Below are positions 41,659-50,269 of a DNA stretch of 64,000 bases, one piece after another. Position numbers and translations under genes: made by a program. Source of the stretch: an uncultured delta proteobacterium (GTDB lineage: Bacteria > Desulfobacterota > Binatia > UBA9968); contig CAWJBB010000050.1 of the NCBI GenBank assembly GCA_963840855.1, positions 123,071 through 187,070 on the forward strand, given 5' to 3'. How positions within the stretch are numbered: position 1 is the stretch's first letter; each line of letters opens with the position of its first letter. The notes under the pieces were generated by a model, which made no database searches, was not told the origin of the DNA, and saw only the letters and a program-made list of their open reading frames with translations.

Positions 41659-42802
41659 ATGTCGAAACATCTGGTGATCGATGCCGACGGCCATTGTAAC
41701 GAGCCGGACAGCGGTCTGGCGAAATTTATGCCCAAAGAGATAGCGCATCTCGCGCCGAATCGAGTGACCGATAGCTCAGGCTATACGCATCTGATGATCG
41801 AAGGCCGCCTGGCGGCAAGGCGGCGTTGGGGCGGCGGCGCGGACCGGAGCGCTGTGTTCGCCAACCACATCGAGCGCAGCCGCCCGGGCATGACCGACGC
41901 GGTCAAACGGTTGCCCGACATGGACGAGGAAGGCATCGACGTGGCGGTCATCTTCGGGACCGGTATCGCTCTGATGGTCAACGGCATGGCCGACAAACCG
42001 CTGGCGGCCGCTGTTTGCCACGCGGTGAACCGCTGGCTCGTGGAAGAATATCTCGCGGTCGACCCCAAACGGCTCAAGGGCGTCGGCTTGATTCCGGTGC
42101 AGGACCCGCCGGCGGCGGCGAAAGAGTTGGAGTTTCTTGGCGAAGCATCGAAGCATCGTCAGCGCCATGCTGCCGACCAATGTTTATGGCATCAATTTGG
42201 GCCACCGCATGTTTGATCCGGTTTACGCCGCGGCCGAGGAGATCGGCATGCCGCTTTCGGTGCATCCGCAGACCGAGCATGACGGCCAATACGGCGTCTG
42301 GGGCGTCATGGGCGCCGGCAGCGAGCGCATGGAGAAGTACAGCTACGTGCACATGACGTCGTTTCCGTTCGAACTGATGATCGCGCTCATGCATATGATC
42401 GGCGAAGGCGTGTTCGACCGCTACCCAAAGCTCAAAGTCGGATTCATGGAAGGCGCCTGCGGCTGGGTCCCCTTCTGGTCGGAGCGCCTCGACGAGCACT
42501 ACGAGAAATTGCGCCCGCAGTGGCCGCTGCTCAAGCGCCAGCCGTCGGAAATCATCCGCAGCCCGCAAGTCTGCTTTACCTGCGAGCCGGAAGAGTCGAT
42601 CTTGCCCTACGTCCTCGACACAATTGGCATAACCCAGGTTATGTACGCCTCCGACTACCGCCATTGGGACTCGGAATTTCCCAATTCCGTGCATGAAGTG
42701 GAGAAGATCGAAGGCATGAACGACGACAAGCTGCGCCACGTTCTCGGTGCCAACGCCCTGAGCTTCTTCGGCTTGAAGCCCGACGATCTGCCGGCGCGTT
42801 AA
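41659..42802 (+). CDS. Amidohydrolase family protein (frameshift near 42135)
   Basis: IDADGH, DMDEEGID, SVHP, GVFDRYPKLKVGFMEG, YASDYRHWD split over two overlapping ORFs. Confidence 0.88.
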
Positions 42803-42839
42803 TTCGTTTTCCTCCGACCACGATGAACGAGCACGACGC

Positions 42840-43880
42840 TTAGTCTTCTACCACCGACACCGCCGCTTCGACGCCTTTCTGTTTAAGGATTTCCTTATAC
42901 TCCCGGTGGATCTCCGCCGGCTCCTCGTCCATCGGGATCATTGTCCAGAGCGGGTTGCGGAAACGGTCGTGGCTGTATTTTGGGCTGTCGCCGCGCACGG
43001 CGAAGTGGCGCATCGTGCTCTTGCCGGTGTTAAAGTGGCCATGCCACATGAGATCGTCCGGCGAATAAACCGTGCCGGTCTTGAACTCATGGCGCGTGCG
43101 CTCTTCGCCGTCTTTCCACAACACCACATAGCCCTCACCCTGGGTAACAATGATCACCGCGCCCGGCCCGTGGCGGTGAAACGTACTGCGACAACCCGGC
43201 GGGAATTCAGACACATGGCAACCATAGGTCGTATCCGCCAGGGTATAACGCATATGCTTTACGCCCTTCCCCTTCATCGGGAAATCGTCGAGGGAAAATT
43301 GGTTGACGTCGGGCACAAGATTGGTTTCCCAATAGCGGTCGGTCACATGCTTGTTGTAGCGCAGAAATTCGTCGCCAGCGGGAAAGCGATCGCGAAAGTT
43401 GAAAGGGTTACGGAAAATAAAATCCTCGTTGTGAAAGATATTGATCATGCGCGGCAGCGTGGTACCGGCAAATAGGCGCACGGGTTCGTCGCGCGAGCCG
43501 TTGAAGTGCTGGTAGGACGAATTCAGCGGGATCGCAAATACCGCCCCCACTCCCCACTCGAAGGTGACCTTGGGGGCGCCGTCCTGCCAGACGGCAGTCG
43601 CGCCCCGCCCCTTGGCAACATAGATAATCTCTTCGAAAAGATGGCGCTGGGGCAATGTCTCACTGCCCGCCGGAATTTCGCAAACATAGGCGTCGGTCTG
43701 TTGCTGTTGCGAAAGATTCAAAAAACATCCCCGCGCGCCCATTCGCTCCCAATGCGCTAACTCCAGCGTAAGGACGTCGCTGACAACGTTGCCTTTGACC
43801 ACCGGAATCCCTTCCTTGGCTTGCAACCGGTCGTAGGGCGTCGGCCCGAAATCGAGATGCTCGCGAAACGGCAACAGCAT
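42840..43880 (-). CDS. Bicupin protein (gentisate dioxygenase-like cupin family)
   Basis: QRHLFEEIIYV...YQHFNG and FHRHGPG...WHGHFN cupin motifs. Confidence 0.85.
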   Translation of the reverse strand: MLLPFREHLDFGPTPYDRLQAKEGIPVVKGNVVSDVLTLELAHWERMGARGCFLNLSQQQQTDAYVCEIPAGSETLPQRHLFEEIIYVAKGRGATAVWQDGAPKVTFEWGVGAVFAIPLNSSYQHFNGSRDEPVRLFAGTTLPRMINIFHNEDFIFRNPFNFRDRFPAGDEFLRYNKHVTDRYWETNLVPDVNQFSLDDFPMKGKGVKHMRYTLADTTYGCHVSEFPPGCRSTFHRHGPGAVIIVTQGEGYVVLWKDGEERTRHEFKTGTVYSPDDLMWHGHFNTGKSTMRHFAVRGDSPKYSHDRFRNPLWTMIPMDEEPAEIHREYKEILKQKGVEAAVSVVED

Positions 43881-44084
43881 AGCTCGGTGCTCCTTAGGAA
43901 TGCGGGCGGCTGCTTAACGGTAATGCCATCCTTACAGTTCATAATTCATTTAGGCGGCTTTGTCATCGGTTATCGGCCAAGAAGCAGCGTCCCGCGCCAC
44001 GATGACACCCGGGCAATAAAGGAGTCATGCAACGAGCTATAGTAGTTTTCGAGAGATTCGAAGGAAAAGTAGCGCGCGGGCCGC

Positions 44085-44181
44085 CGTTCAAAGTTCAAGG
44101 CTTGCCCTGAGTCCATCGAAAGGGTTCAAAGTTTCGGATTGAGAGTCCTGACCTTGAACCTGGAACATTGAACCTTGAACT
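44085..44181. repeat. GTTCAAN element with inserted CTTGCCCTGAG...CGAAAGG REP-like unit
   Basis: gttcaaa-gttcaag-[gcttgccctgagtccatcgaaagg]-gttcaaa-gtttcggatt ... ttgaacc-tggaaca-ttgaacc-ttgaact. Confidence 0.85.
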
Positions 44182-44213
44182 AGAATTCACCTTGAAGGTG
44201 TGAATTCTTTGGA

Positions 44214-44562
44214 TCAGTATTCCGTTGGGCGCGGCTGCTGGGTCTGCTGGCGATTGCGTTCAATGGTGCGCTGGTTTTGCTGAATTTGCTGCTGATTAGC
44301 CTCGGACTGCTCCTGGCCCTGCATATAGTCGCCCACCAGCGCGCCGGCGCCCAGTCCTAATGCGCCGCCGATGGCAGCTCCGACCCCGGGACGTCCCATC
44401 GTAGCACCGACGATACCACCCGCCGCCGCACCGCCGACAGCGCCGATGCCGGCGCCCTTTTCCCTGGTGGTCAGATCCCCGCCTGCACAGCCGCCCAGGC
44501 TGAGCGCAAATAAGCCCAGCAGAGATAATCCGATTGGAATAATTTTTTGCGATTTTCGTCAT
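44214..44562 (-). CDS. Glycine-zipper lipoprotein (frameshift near 44500)
   Basis: Signal peptide then GCAGG DLTTREKGAGIGAVGGAAAGGIVG...GAAIGGALGLGAGALVGD, Gln-rich tail. Confidence 0.75.
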
Positions 44563-44625
44563 AGCCTTCTCGTCTCCCACTAAATGTTCAAATGAAGCGT
44601 TAGTGCTGCTCGGGGCTATTTTATG

Positions 44626-44641
44626 AGCAACGCCAATGCCA
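44626..44641 (-). promoter_or_regulatory. Sigma54 (-24/-12) promoter candidate for the glycine-zipper gene
   Basis: Minus strand TGGCAT-TGGCG-TTGCT matches TGGCAC-N5-TTGCW, ~64 nt upstream of ATG. Confidence 0.6.
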
Positions 44642-44792
44642 GGTCATTCTTTGGCATTTTCGAAGACTTTCAGGCCATCGAAGTGTGATTCAGGATGCTC
44701 ACTATTGTCGGAATAGGACGGATCGCAGGCCAGCCGGCACGGCTGTGCGCGGCGCTTCGATTCCTCCCTGAGGACTTGAAGCTGTCTTGGTT

Positions 44793-45455
44793 TCAGTGGC
44801 CGTGAGATTCCAGGAGGGACATGGCTGCGCGGCAGCACAGTGCGTCCTGTTCGGCGCGGCTCGCGCCGGCCACGCCGACGCCGCCAACGATCACTACACC
44901 GTCGAGGATCGGGATGCCGCCACCCGCGGGCATGATTCGGCCGCGATGTGAAATCGCCAAGCTGCGCAGCCAGGGTTCCTTCGCTAGGGCCACCAACTCC
45001 GTTGTGGCCATGTGAAAGGCAGCGGCCGTATAAGCTTTGTTAAATGCCAGCTCCACTGACCTGGCCTCGGCCCCGTCCATGCGTCCGACAGCGATAGGCG
45101 CCCCTGCCTCATCCACGACCACGACGCTTACCTTTAGGCCCATTAGCTCGGCATATTCGTGGGCCGAATGGATCATCGCCCACGCCGTGGCAAATGACAC
45201 CGGCCCCGGCGCGGCTTTGTGCTTGCGGAAAAAGGCGGCGTTGACTTCGATCGAATCTCTATGTTCAGCGGGAATGTCGACGTCTTTGAAGATCGCGTCC
45301 ACCGGACATACGATCTCGCACTGCTCACAATCGATACAAACTTCCGGATCGATGTAAAACTGCGGCGCTCCGGGCGTGGTATGGATACATGCCACCGGGC
45401 AGACATCGACGCAGGCGCCGTCGTTGGTGCATAAACTGGTGATGATGTAGGGCAT
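44793..45455 (-). CDS. Ferredoxin (two-cluster, FdxA-like) fused to a GlcG/HbpS heme/cobalamin-binding domain
   Basis: CTNDGACVDVCPVACIH...CIDCEQCEIVCPVDAI then VSVVVVDEAG...RMDGA...AFNKAYTA...GGGIPI...GGVGVAG. Confidence 0.88.
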   Translation of the reverse strand: MPYIITSLCTNDGACVDVCPVACIHTTPGAPQFYIDPEVCIDCEQCEIVCPVDAIFKDVDIPAEHRDSIEVNAAFFRKHKAAPGPVSFATAWAMIHSAHEYAELMGLKVSVVVVDEAGAPIAVGRMDGAEARSVELAFNKAYTAAAFHMATTELVALAKEPWLRSLAISHRGRIMPAGGGIPILDGVVIVGGVGVAGASRAEQDALCCRAAMSLLESHGH

Positions 45456-45477
45456 TCAGCTTCCTTTTATGCAAAAA

Positions 45478-45507
45478 CGCTTTGAACGACTGGAACGGTT
45501 TTGAACT
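45478..45507. repeat. Half copy of the GTTCAA 9-nt-period repeat
   Basis: tttgaacgac-tggaacggtt-ttgaact inside the operon. Confidence 0.55.
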
Positions 45508-45525
45508 CCGCGTAGGTACGCAGCG

Positions 45526-46104
45526 CTAACCGTCCGCCGCCAGCGGTAGATCCGTGCGAATGACATTTGCCACATGCACGTTGCTGCCGAATTTTTCCGT
45601 CACTAATCGTCCCTTCGCGTTGAGACTCCCTAGACCTGCCGCGGCGGCTAGCTTCTCAGCATCAGGGTCCGGCGCGGCGGTCGCGCGAAAACCCAATTCT
45701 CTGATCCATGCGCTCAGAACAAAACTGATGAATAGCCCATTTTGCACCGGCACCTGGCCGCCGACGCCCGGTGCCTCGCGCGGGTCATAGTCGGCGCGCA
45801 CCGCACAGATGACGGCGAAGGGGTATAGCTCCCCGCTTTTTGCGTCCTTTGAACTCAGCTTAACGATGCCCACCATCTCGGCGCCAAAGTACTGGGCCAT
45901 CCCCTTGACGTGGCTCGACGTAATTTCAGGGGTGTGCAGCTCTGTTTTGGTCGGAAAAACATTGCCCTCGGGCGCGTTACGGATCATCTCCGTTACCATA
46001 TTGGTAAGGTCCGCGGGAGGAGTATTGATGAAAATATCCCAAAAGGGATCGTCCTTGTGAGAGCCCTTCCCGATCCAGGGAATTTTCCATGGGCCAAATC
46101 GCAC
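45526..46104 (-). CDS. Reductive-dehalogenase-like cobalamin-domain protein lacking FeS motifs
   Basis: HVKGMAQYFGAEMVGI, WIRELGFRA, AAAAGLGSL...VIRTDLPL, ends before any Cys cluster; probable GTG start 46104. Confidence 0.75.
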   Translation of the reverse strand: MRFGPWKIPWIGKGSHKDDPFWDIFINTPPADLTNMVTEMIRNAPEGNVFPTKTELHTPEITSSHVKGMAQYFGAEMVGIVKLSSKDAKSGELYPFAVICAVRADYDPREAPGVGGQVPVQNGLFISFVLSAWIRELGFRATAAPDPDAEKLAAAAGLGSLNAKGRLVTEKFGSNVHVANVIRTDLPLAADG

Positions 46105-46109
46105 GGCCT

Positions 46110-47441
46110 CTAGTCCCGTTTGACAAATCGGTTGGTGTTCTCTTTCAACGGGGCGTAATAGCCCACGTTCCCGGCCATGTCTCCCGAATGGCCCTTGCCT
46201 TCGTGCGACGCCGTGCAGCCGGCCACCGTGCATGCCTGATCTCCGGGTTTGATGCCGGAGTCGTAGTTCAGCCAGCGCACGCGACTGCTGCGCGTGACGC
46301 CCCAGAACCGGTCATCGATCCATTTGAGCGCGCGCACGAGCAATGGCCGCGCGGGAATGGGGCAGGTATGAAGAGTCCAAGTAGCGAGGCTGTGCCACCA
46401 GACGTTAGGTTTGGTGAATGGGCATACGGCAGCGCAGGTGAGGCAGCTGCCCCAGTAATCGTGCACGTAGGGACGCAGCTTGTAACAAGTTAGCCAGTTG
46501 ATCTTGTATTTTTCGATGCCGTTATGGACCACCTTGTCGCCGAACGGAATGCTGTTCGTGGGACAAGTGTTGGCGCATTTTCGGCAAATCTTGCAAAAGT
46601 CCTCAACACCGATATCGACGGGCGCGTCCGCCACCAGCGGCAGGTCGGTCAAGATCGGGTCGGGCATGTGGATACGGGCGCCAAAATTTTTGTTGATCAC
46701 GAGCCCGTTTCTGCCCAGCTCGCCGATGCCTCCGGCTACTCCGGCGGCTTGGGGAGTGACCACCCCTCGGAGCGCCGTGTATCCTAGTTCTTTGATGTAG
46801 CCCTCGAGGGCCTTCAGCATAAGCACGCCTTTCATTTGCGAGATATGGTACGCGGCGTCGCCGACGTGGTGGCGGTGCGCTTGCAGTTTGTTGTAATCCC
46901 ACGCTGTCGTGGCTTGGATGATATAGGGAAATTTCCGTACCAATTCCTCGGGAGAATCTTGCTGGTACGCGTCTTCCGCCGTCCCATCTTGCACATAGCG
47001 GCTGCCGGCGTACAAAAATGACGGATGCGCGTTGGCAATGCCGACGACATCGGCTCCCATATAGTGCGCAACCGCCTTGATGTGGCGGGTCATCGCCGCG
47101 GGATCGTCGACCGAGACTCGATTCGGGTTGACCTTTCCCTTGCTCGACCGGTTGATCACATTGGCCAAGAAATGTCGCCGATCGGCGAAATGATTCGGCG
47201 CCGATACCCGAGTCAATGGATCATTAGAGACAGTGTTCCGATACCAGTTGAAAAGCGGTTTCCCCAGTTCGCCGCGCTGATTTTTTGGATGGGGCGACTG
47301 GTTCATGTCCACGTTGACATGGGGTCCGACGAAACGGACCGATCGCCCAAGATAAGGCGGTGGCGGAATGCCGGCTTGACTACCGTTGGTGCCATTAGTG
47401 CCATTCAGTGGTTTGGTTTCTTTCGTCCCATTTACAGCCAT
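46110..47441 (-). CDS. Reductive dehalogenase (RdhA/QueG superfamily)-like protein, no TAT signal
   Basis: HIKAVAHYMGADVVGI, YIKELGYTA, GIGELGRNGLVI...ILTDLPL, CKICRKCANTCP and CLTCAAVCPF. Confidence 0.88.
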   Translation of the reverse strand: MAVNGTKETKPLNGTNGTNGSQAGIPPPPYLGRSVRFVGPHVNVDMNQSPHPKNQRGELGKPLFNWYRNTVSNDPLTRVSAPNHFADRRHFLANVINRSSKGKVNPNRVSVDDPAAMTRHIKAVAHYMGADVVGIANAHPSFLYAGSRYVQDGTAEDAYQQDSPEELVRKFPYIIQATTAWDYNKLQAHRHHVGDAAYHISQMKGVLMLKALEGYIKELGYTALRGVVTPQAAGVAGGIGELGRNGLVINKNFGARIHMPDPILTDLPLVADAPVDIGVEDFCKICRKCANTCPTNSIPFGDKVVHNGIEKYKINWLTCYKLRPYVHDYWGSCLTCAAVCPFTKPNVWWHSLATWTLHTCPIPARPLLVRALKWIDDRFWGVTRSSRVRWLNYDSGIKPGDQACTVAGCTASHEGKGHSGDMAGNVGYYAPLKENTNRFVKRD

Positions 47442-47515
47442 AACAATGCGTCCTTTCTCAATTGCACAGGGTTAAACAGTCATAGGTTGAACTTTGAAAT
47501 TTGAACCGCCCCATA

Positions 47516-47914
47516 TCACGCATATGACGCCAACGCCACTTCAGCGCAGCGTTGATCCTGGTCGTCAGTGCCCCCCGCTACCGCAATAGCGCCGACTACG
47601 CTGCCACCCTCGACGATGGGCAACGCGCCTCCACCGGGCATAATGCGGCCATTGCTCGACACCACCAGGCTTTGAAACCACGACTGGCCCGCCACACCCG
47701 ACAAATCCTTGGTCGCCTGTTGAAAGTTCGCCGCCGTGTACGCCTTATTAAGCGCGATTTCTACAGTGATGGGCCGGGCCCTGTCCATGCGCCCCAGCGC
47801 GATCATACGACCGCTCGGATCTACCACCACTGCCGTCACCGCAATATCCAACTGCGCCGCCTGCACATGAGCTTTGCGCACCATTTCGATCGCCTTTTCT
47901 CCCGGGATAGCCAT
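47516..47914 (-). CDS. GlcG/HbpS family heme/cobalamin-binding protein
   Basis: VTAVVVDPSG...RMDRA...ALNKAYTA...GGGALPI...GAIAVAGG. Confidence 0.9.
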   Translation of the reverse strand: MAIPGEKAIEMVRKAHVQAAQLDIAVTAVVVDPSGRMIALGRMDRARPITVEIALNKAYTAANFQQATKDLSGVAGQSWFQSLVVSSNGRIMPGGGALPIVEGGSVVGAIAVAGGTDDQDQRCAEVALASYA

Positions 47915-48102
47915 GTTTCTTTGAAGTCCTCCTCCACATCGATCTACGATCTCTACTTTAGCAGATACTGCCCTCTGTTAGTCAAGCGCTTTATCGAACG
48001 CGTACTCATGTCCCCGCACCGGGCTTGCGCCTATTGCATCAGCGATTGCGCCTGCTCCACGATAGATGATAGAAATGCAAAAATATACAGGAGGTGATTT
48101 GT

Positions 48103-48663
48103 ATGAGGCTATTTTCTTACGGACCTTGACCCTACGCGCACAGGACAAGGCTTGTCCTCGCGGAAAAGCGGATTTCTCATGACCTCATCGAGTGCGATCT
48201 CAAAAATAAATCGAAGGAGTTGCTGGAACTCAACCCCTATGGCAAAGTCCCGGTGCTGGTGGACGGCGCTGCGGTAGTCTATGAGTCGGCGATCATCAAC
48301 GAGTATCTCGAAGAAAAATATCCAGAGGTGCGGCTCATGCCCAAAGATCCGACGCAGCGCTCGCGTGCGCGAATCTGGATCGATTACGCGAACACGCGCT
48401 TGCAGCGCGCCGGCGGTAACATCGCCCATGATTACCAGGTCGAGAAGTCAAAAGAGGAGTTGAAACAATACCTCGTCACACTGGACCAGGAAATGCGTGA
48501 CCGCGAATACATCGCCGGCGATTATTCGCTCGCGGATATCACCTACATCCCGTTCTTCACCCGGCTCGCCCGCTACCAGGCAACCATCGACGATAGCGTG
48601 CCCAATGTGAAGGCGTGGATGGAGCGGCTCCTGGCCAGGCCCACGGTGAGGGCGACGCCGTAA
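48103..48663 (+). CDS. Glutathione S-transferase family protein, probable selenoprotein (in-frame TGA at codon 9)
   Basis: AGGAGG RBS, ATG 48103, MRLFSYGP[TGA]PYAHRTRLVLAEK...LNPYGKVPVL...ESAIINEYL...YSLADI, in frame with ORF 48220-48663. Confidence 0.85.
48135..48162 (+). promoter_or_regulatory. Bacterial SECIS-like hairpin
   Basis: CGCG-cac-AGGACAA-ggc-TTGTCCT-CGCG starting a few nt after TGA 48127-48129; G-containing apical loop ~19 nt downstream of the TGA. Confidence 0.55.
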
Positions 48664-48677
48664 GCCGGTCGGAATCC

Positions 48678-48757
48678 GGTTCAAGGTTCAACGCGTTGAG
48701 TCTGCGCTTTCTCGCAAATCGCGAAACATTGAACTTTGAACCTTGAACTTTGAACGG
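48678..48757. repeat. GTTCAAN heptamer inverted-repeat element
   Basis: ggttcaag-gttcaac ... ttgaact-ttgaacc-ttgaact-ttgaacg between convergent genes. Confidence 0.85.
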
Positions 48758-48768
48758 CGCGCTAAGCG

Positions 48769-50232
48769 TTACAGCGTTTTCAGATACTCGATCAAGGCGT
48801 TTTTCTCTGCGACAGGCAGTGTCGCGCCGAATTCATGCCCCTGGTTGCCGCTGGCGCGCTCGCGCACGTCGAACTTCGTCCCGACCTTTTCCGCCTCCGG
48901 GCCCTGTGTGACAAAACCCACGTCCGTCGGGTCGTAAACGTCGTAGCCCCGGTAAAAGATCTTGGGGCGCTCTGCCACGGGCTTGAGCAGATCGCGCACG
49001 GTCGGCACCGAGCCGTTATGCAGATAAGGCGCCCGCAACCAGATGCCGTCGAGGAACGCCGCAATGTATCCGCTCGGCTCGATTTCCACGAGACCCTTCC
49101 GTTCGATGCCGAAGCCGCGCACCACTTTGTTCGATTCGATGGCTGCCTGCTTGCTCCAGGTGCCAAGGCGCTCGCGGTCGGTGCCGACCTCGTCCACGGG
49201 CACCCGCGTTCCGGTGCGCTCGCTCGCATGGCACCTCGCGCAGTTGCGCTCGAAGACATCCTTGCCTGTTTTAGCTAGAGCTTCGTCCACCGGAAACGGA
49301 TATTTAGGGGCGGAAATTTCGCCGAGATATTTCTCGAGCCACGCCACCTGTTCGAGAAAATCCTCCCTGCTATGCGGCTCGGCGCCAAGCAGTCCGAGCG
49401 CGGAATCGATAATCACCGAGCGCGCGTCGTGGCTATCGCCGGCGAGATTCATGAGCATGCCTTTTTCCGGTTTGTACTTCTTGAGGTTCCAGACCGACGG
49501 CATGTCCGTCGGGCCGATGCTGTTGTCCATGGGAACGCGGAGCAGGAAATACTTGGTCAAATTCATGGCATCATCGCGGCCCCGGCCCCAAAGTGGAAAA
49601 TCCGCGCGATAGACCCACTTGAACTGTTCCTCCCGTTCAAGCAAGCGCTTCTTGGTTATCGGAATGAGGAGATAACGATAAATCAGCCGATCGATCAATG
49701 ACAGCTTGGTGTGCCGGTCGATCTCGCCAAGGATCTCGTCGGGGTTAAACTTTGGGTCCTTCGCGCAATCGACCACAAAGCGAAAAAACGCCTGGAGGTT
49801 GAGTGTGTGGGTAGGGCCCGCGGGCACGAAGGTCGGGGAATCATTGGGGGCCTTGCGGTAGCTCGCCGTATGGCACGATGCGCAGTTGTTGGCCACGCGC
49901 GGAAAGCCGATAACTTTCTTGGTAAACCCTATTGGGAGTTCCTGTCCCTGTTCCGACATCACTCCCAAGGAAGCGTAGCCGCCGGGTCCGGGCAGTTTGT
50001 CCGGAAAAAGGCGCGGCAGCGCATACCATATCCAGTACGGGACGCCCGCGTCATGCTCTGCGCCGATGGAACCGTACTTGAAGCGCATTTCAGGCGTGGA
50101 CGTGACCCATCCAGGCTGCGGTTCCTCGCGGAAGAATTTATACCACCCGACGACGCCTCCGACGGCAACCAGCAAGACTATGAGGAGCAAACAGATTTTC
50201 CACCAGGATCCCTTTTTCGGCGCGTTTGCCAT
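48769..50232 (-). CDS. RoxA-like di-heme cytochrome c, membrane anchored
   Basis: N-terminal TM, FKYGSIG, CASCH, CARCH, LDGIWLRAPYLHNGSVPT, GNQGHEFG, LIEYLKTL. Confidence 0.88.
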   Translation of the reverse strand: MANAPKKGSWWKICLLLIVLLVAVGGVVGWYKFFREEPQPGWVTSTPEMRFKYGSIGAEHDAGVPYWIWYALPRLFPDKLPGPGGYASLGVMSEQGQELPIGFTKKVIGFPRVANNCASCHTASYRKAPNDSPTFVPAGPTHTLNLQAFFRFVVDCAKDPKFNPDEILGEIDRHTKLSLIDRLIYRYLLIPITKKRLLEREEQFKWVYRADFPLWGRGRDDAMNLTKYFLLRVPMDNSIGPTDMPSVWNLKKYKPEKGMLMNLAGDSHDARSVIIDSALGLLGAEPHSREDFLEQVAWLEKYLGEISAPKYPFPVDEALAKTGKDVFERNCARCHASERTGTRVPVDEVGTDRERLGTWSKQAAIESNKVVRGFGIERKGLVEIEPSGYIAAFLDGIWLRAPYLHNGSVPTVRDLLKPVAERPKIFYRGYDVYDPTDVGFVTQGPEAEKVGTKFDVRERASGNQGHEFGATLPVAEKNALIEYLKTL

Positions 50233-50269
50233 CGTTCCTCCCTGCGAATCTCCCTGGCGGCGAAAGAGA

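Noticed and set aside
45526-46233. Full 235-aa ORF as given in the track
   Set aside because: The first ~43 codons overlap the upstream Rdh-like gene; GTG at 46104 just after its stop is the more plausible start
46110-47441. Respiratory reductive dehalogenase (organohalide respiration)
   Set aside because: No twin-arginine signal and no rdhB-like membrane anchor adjacent
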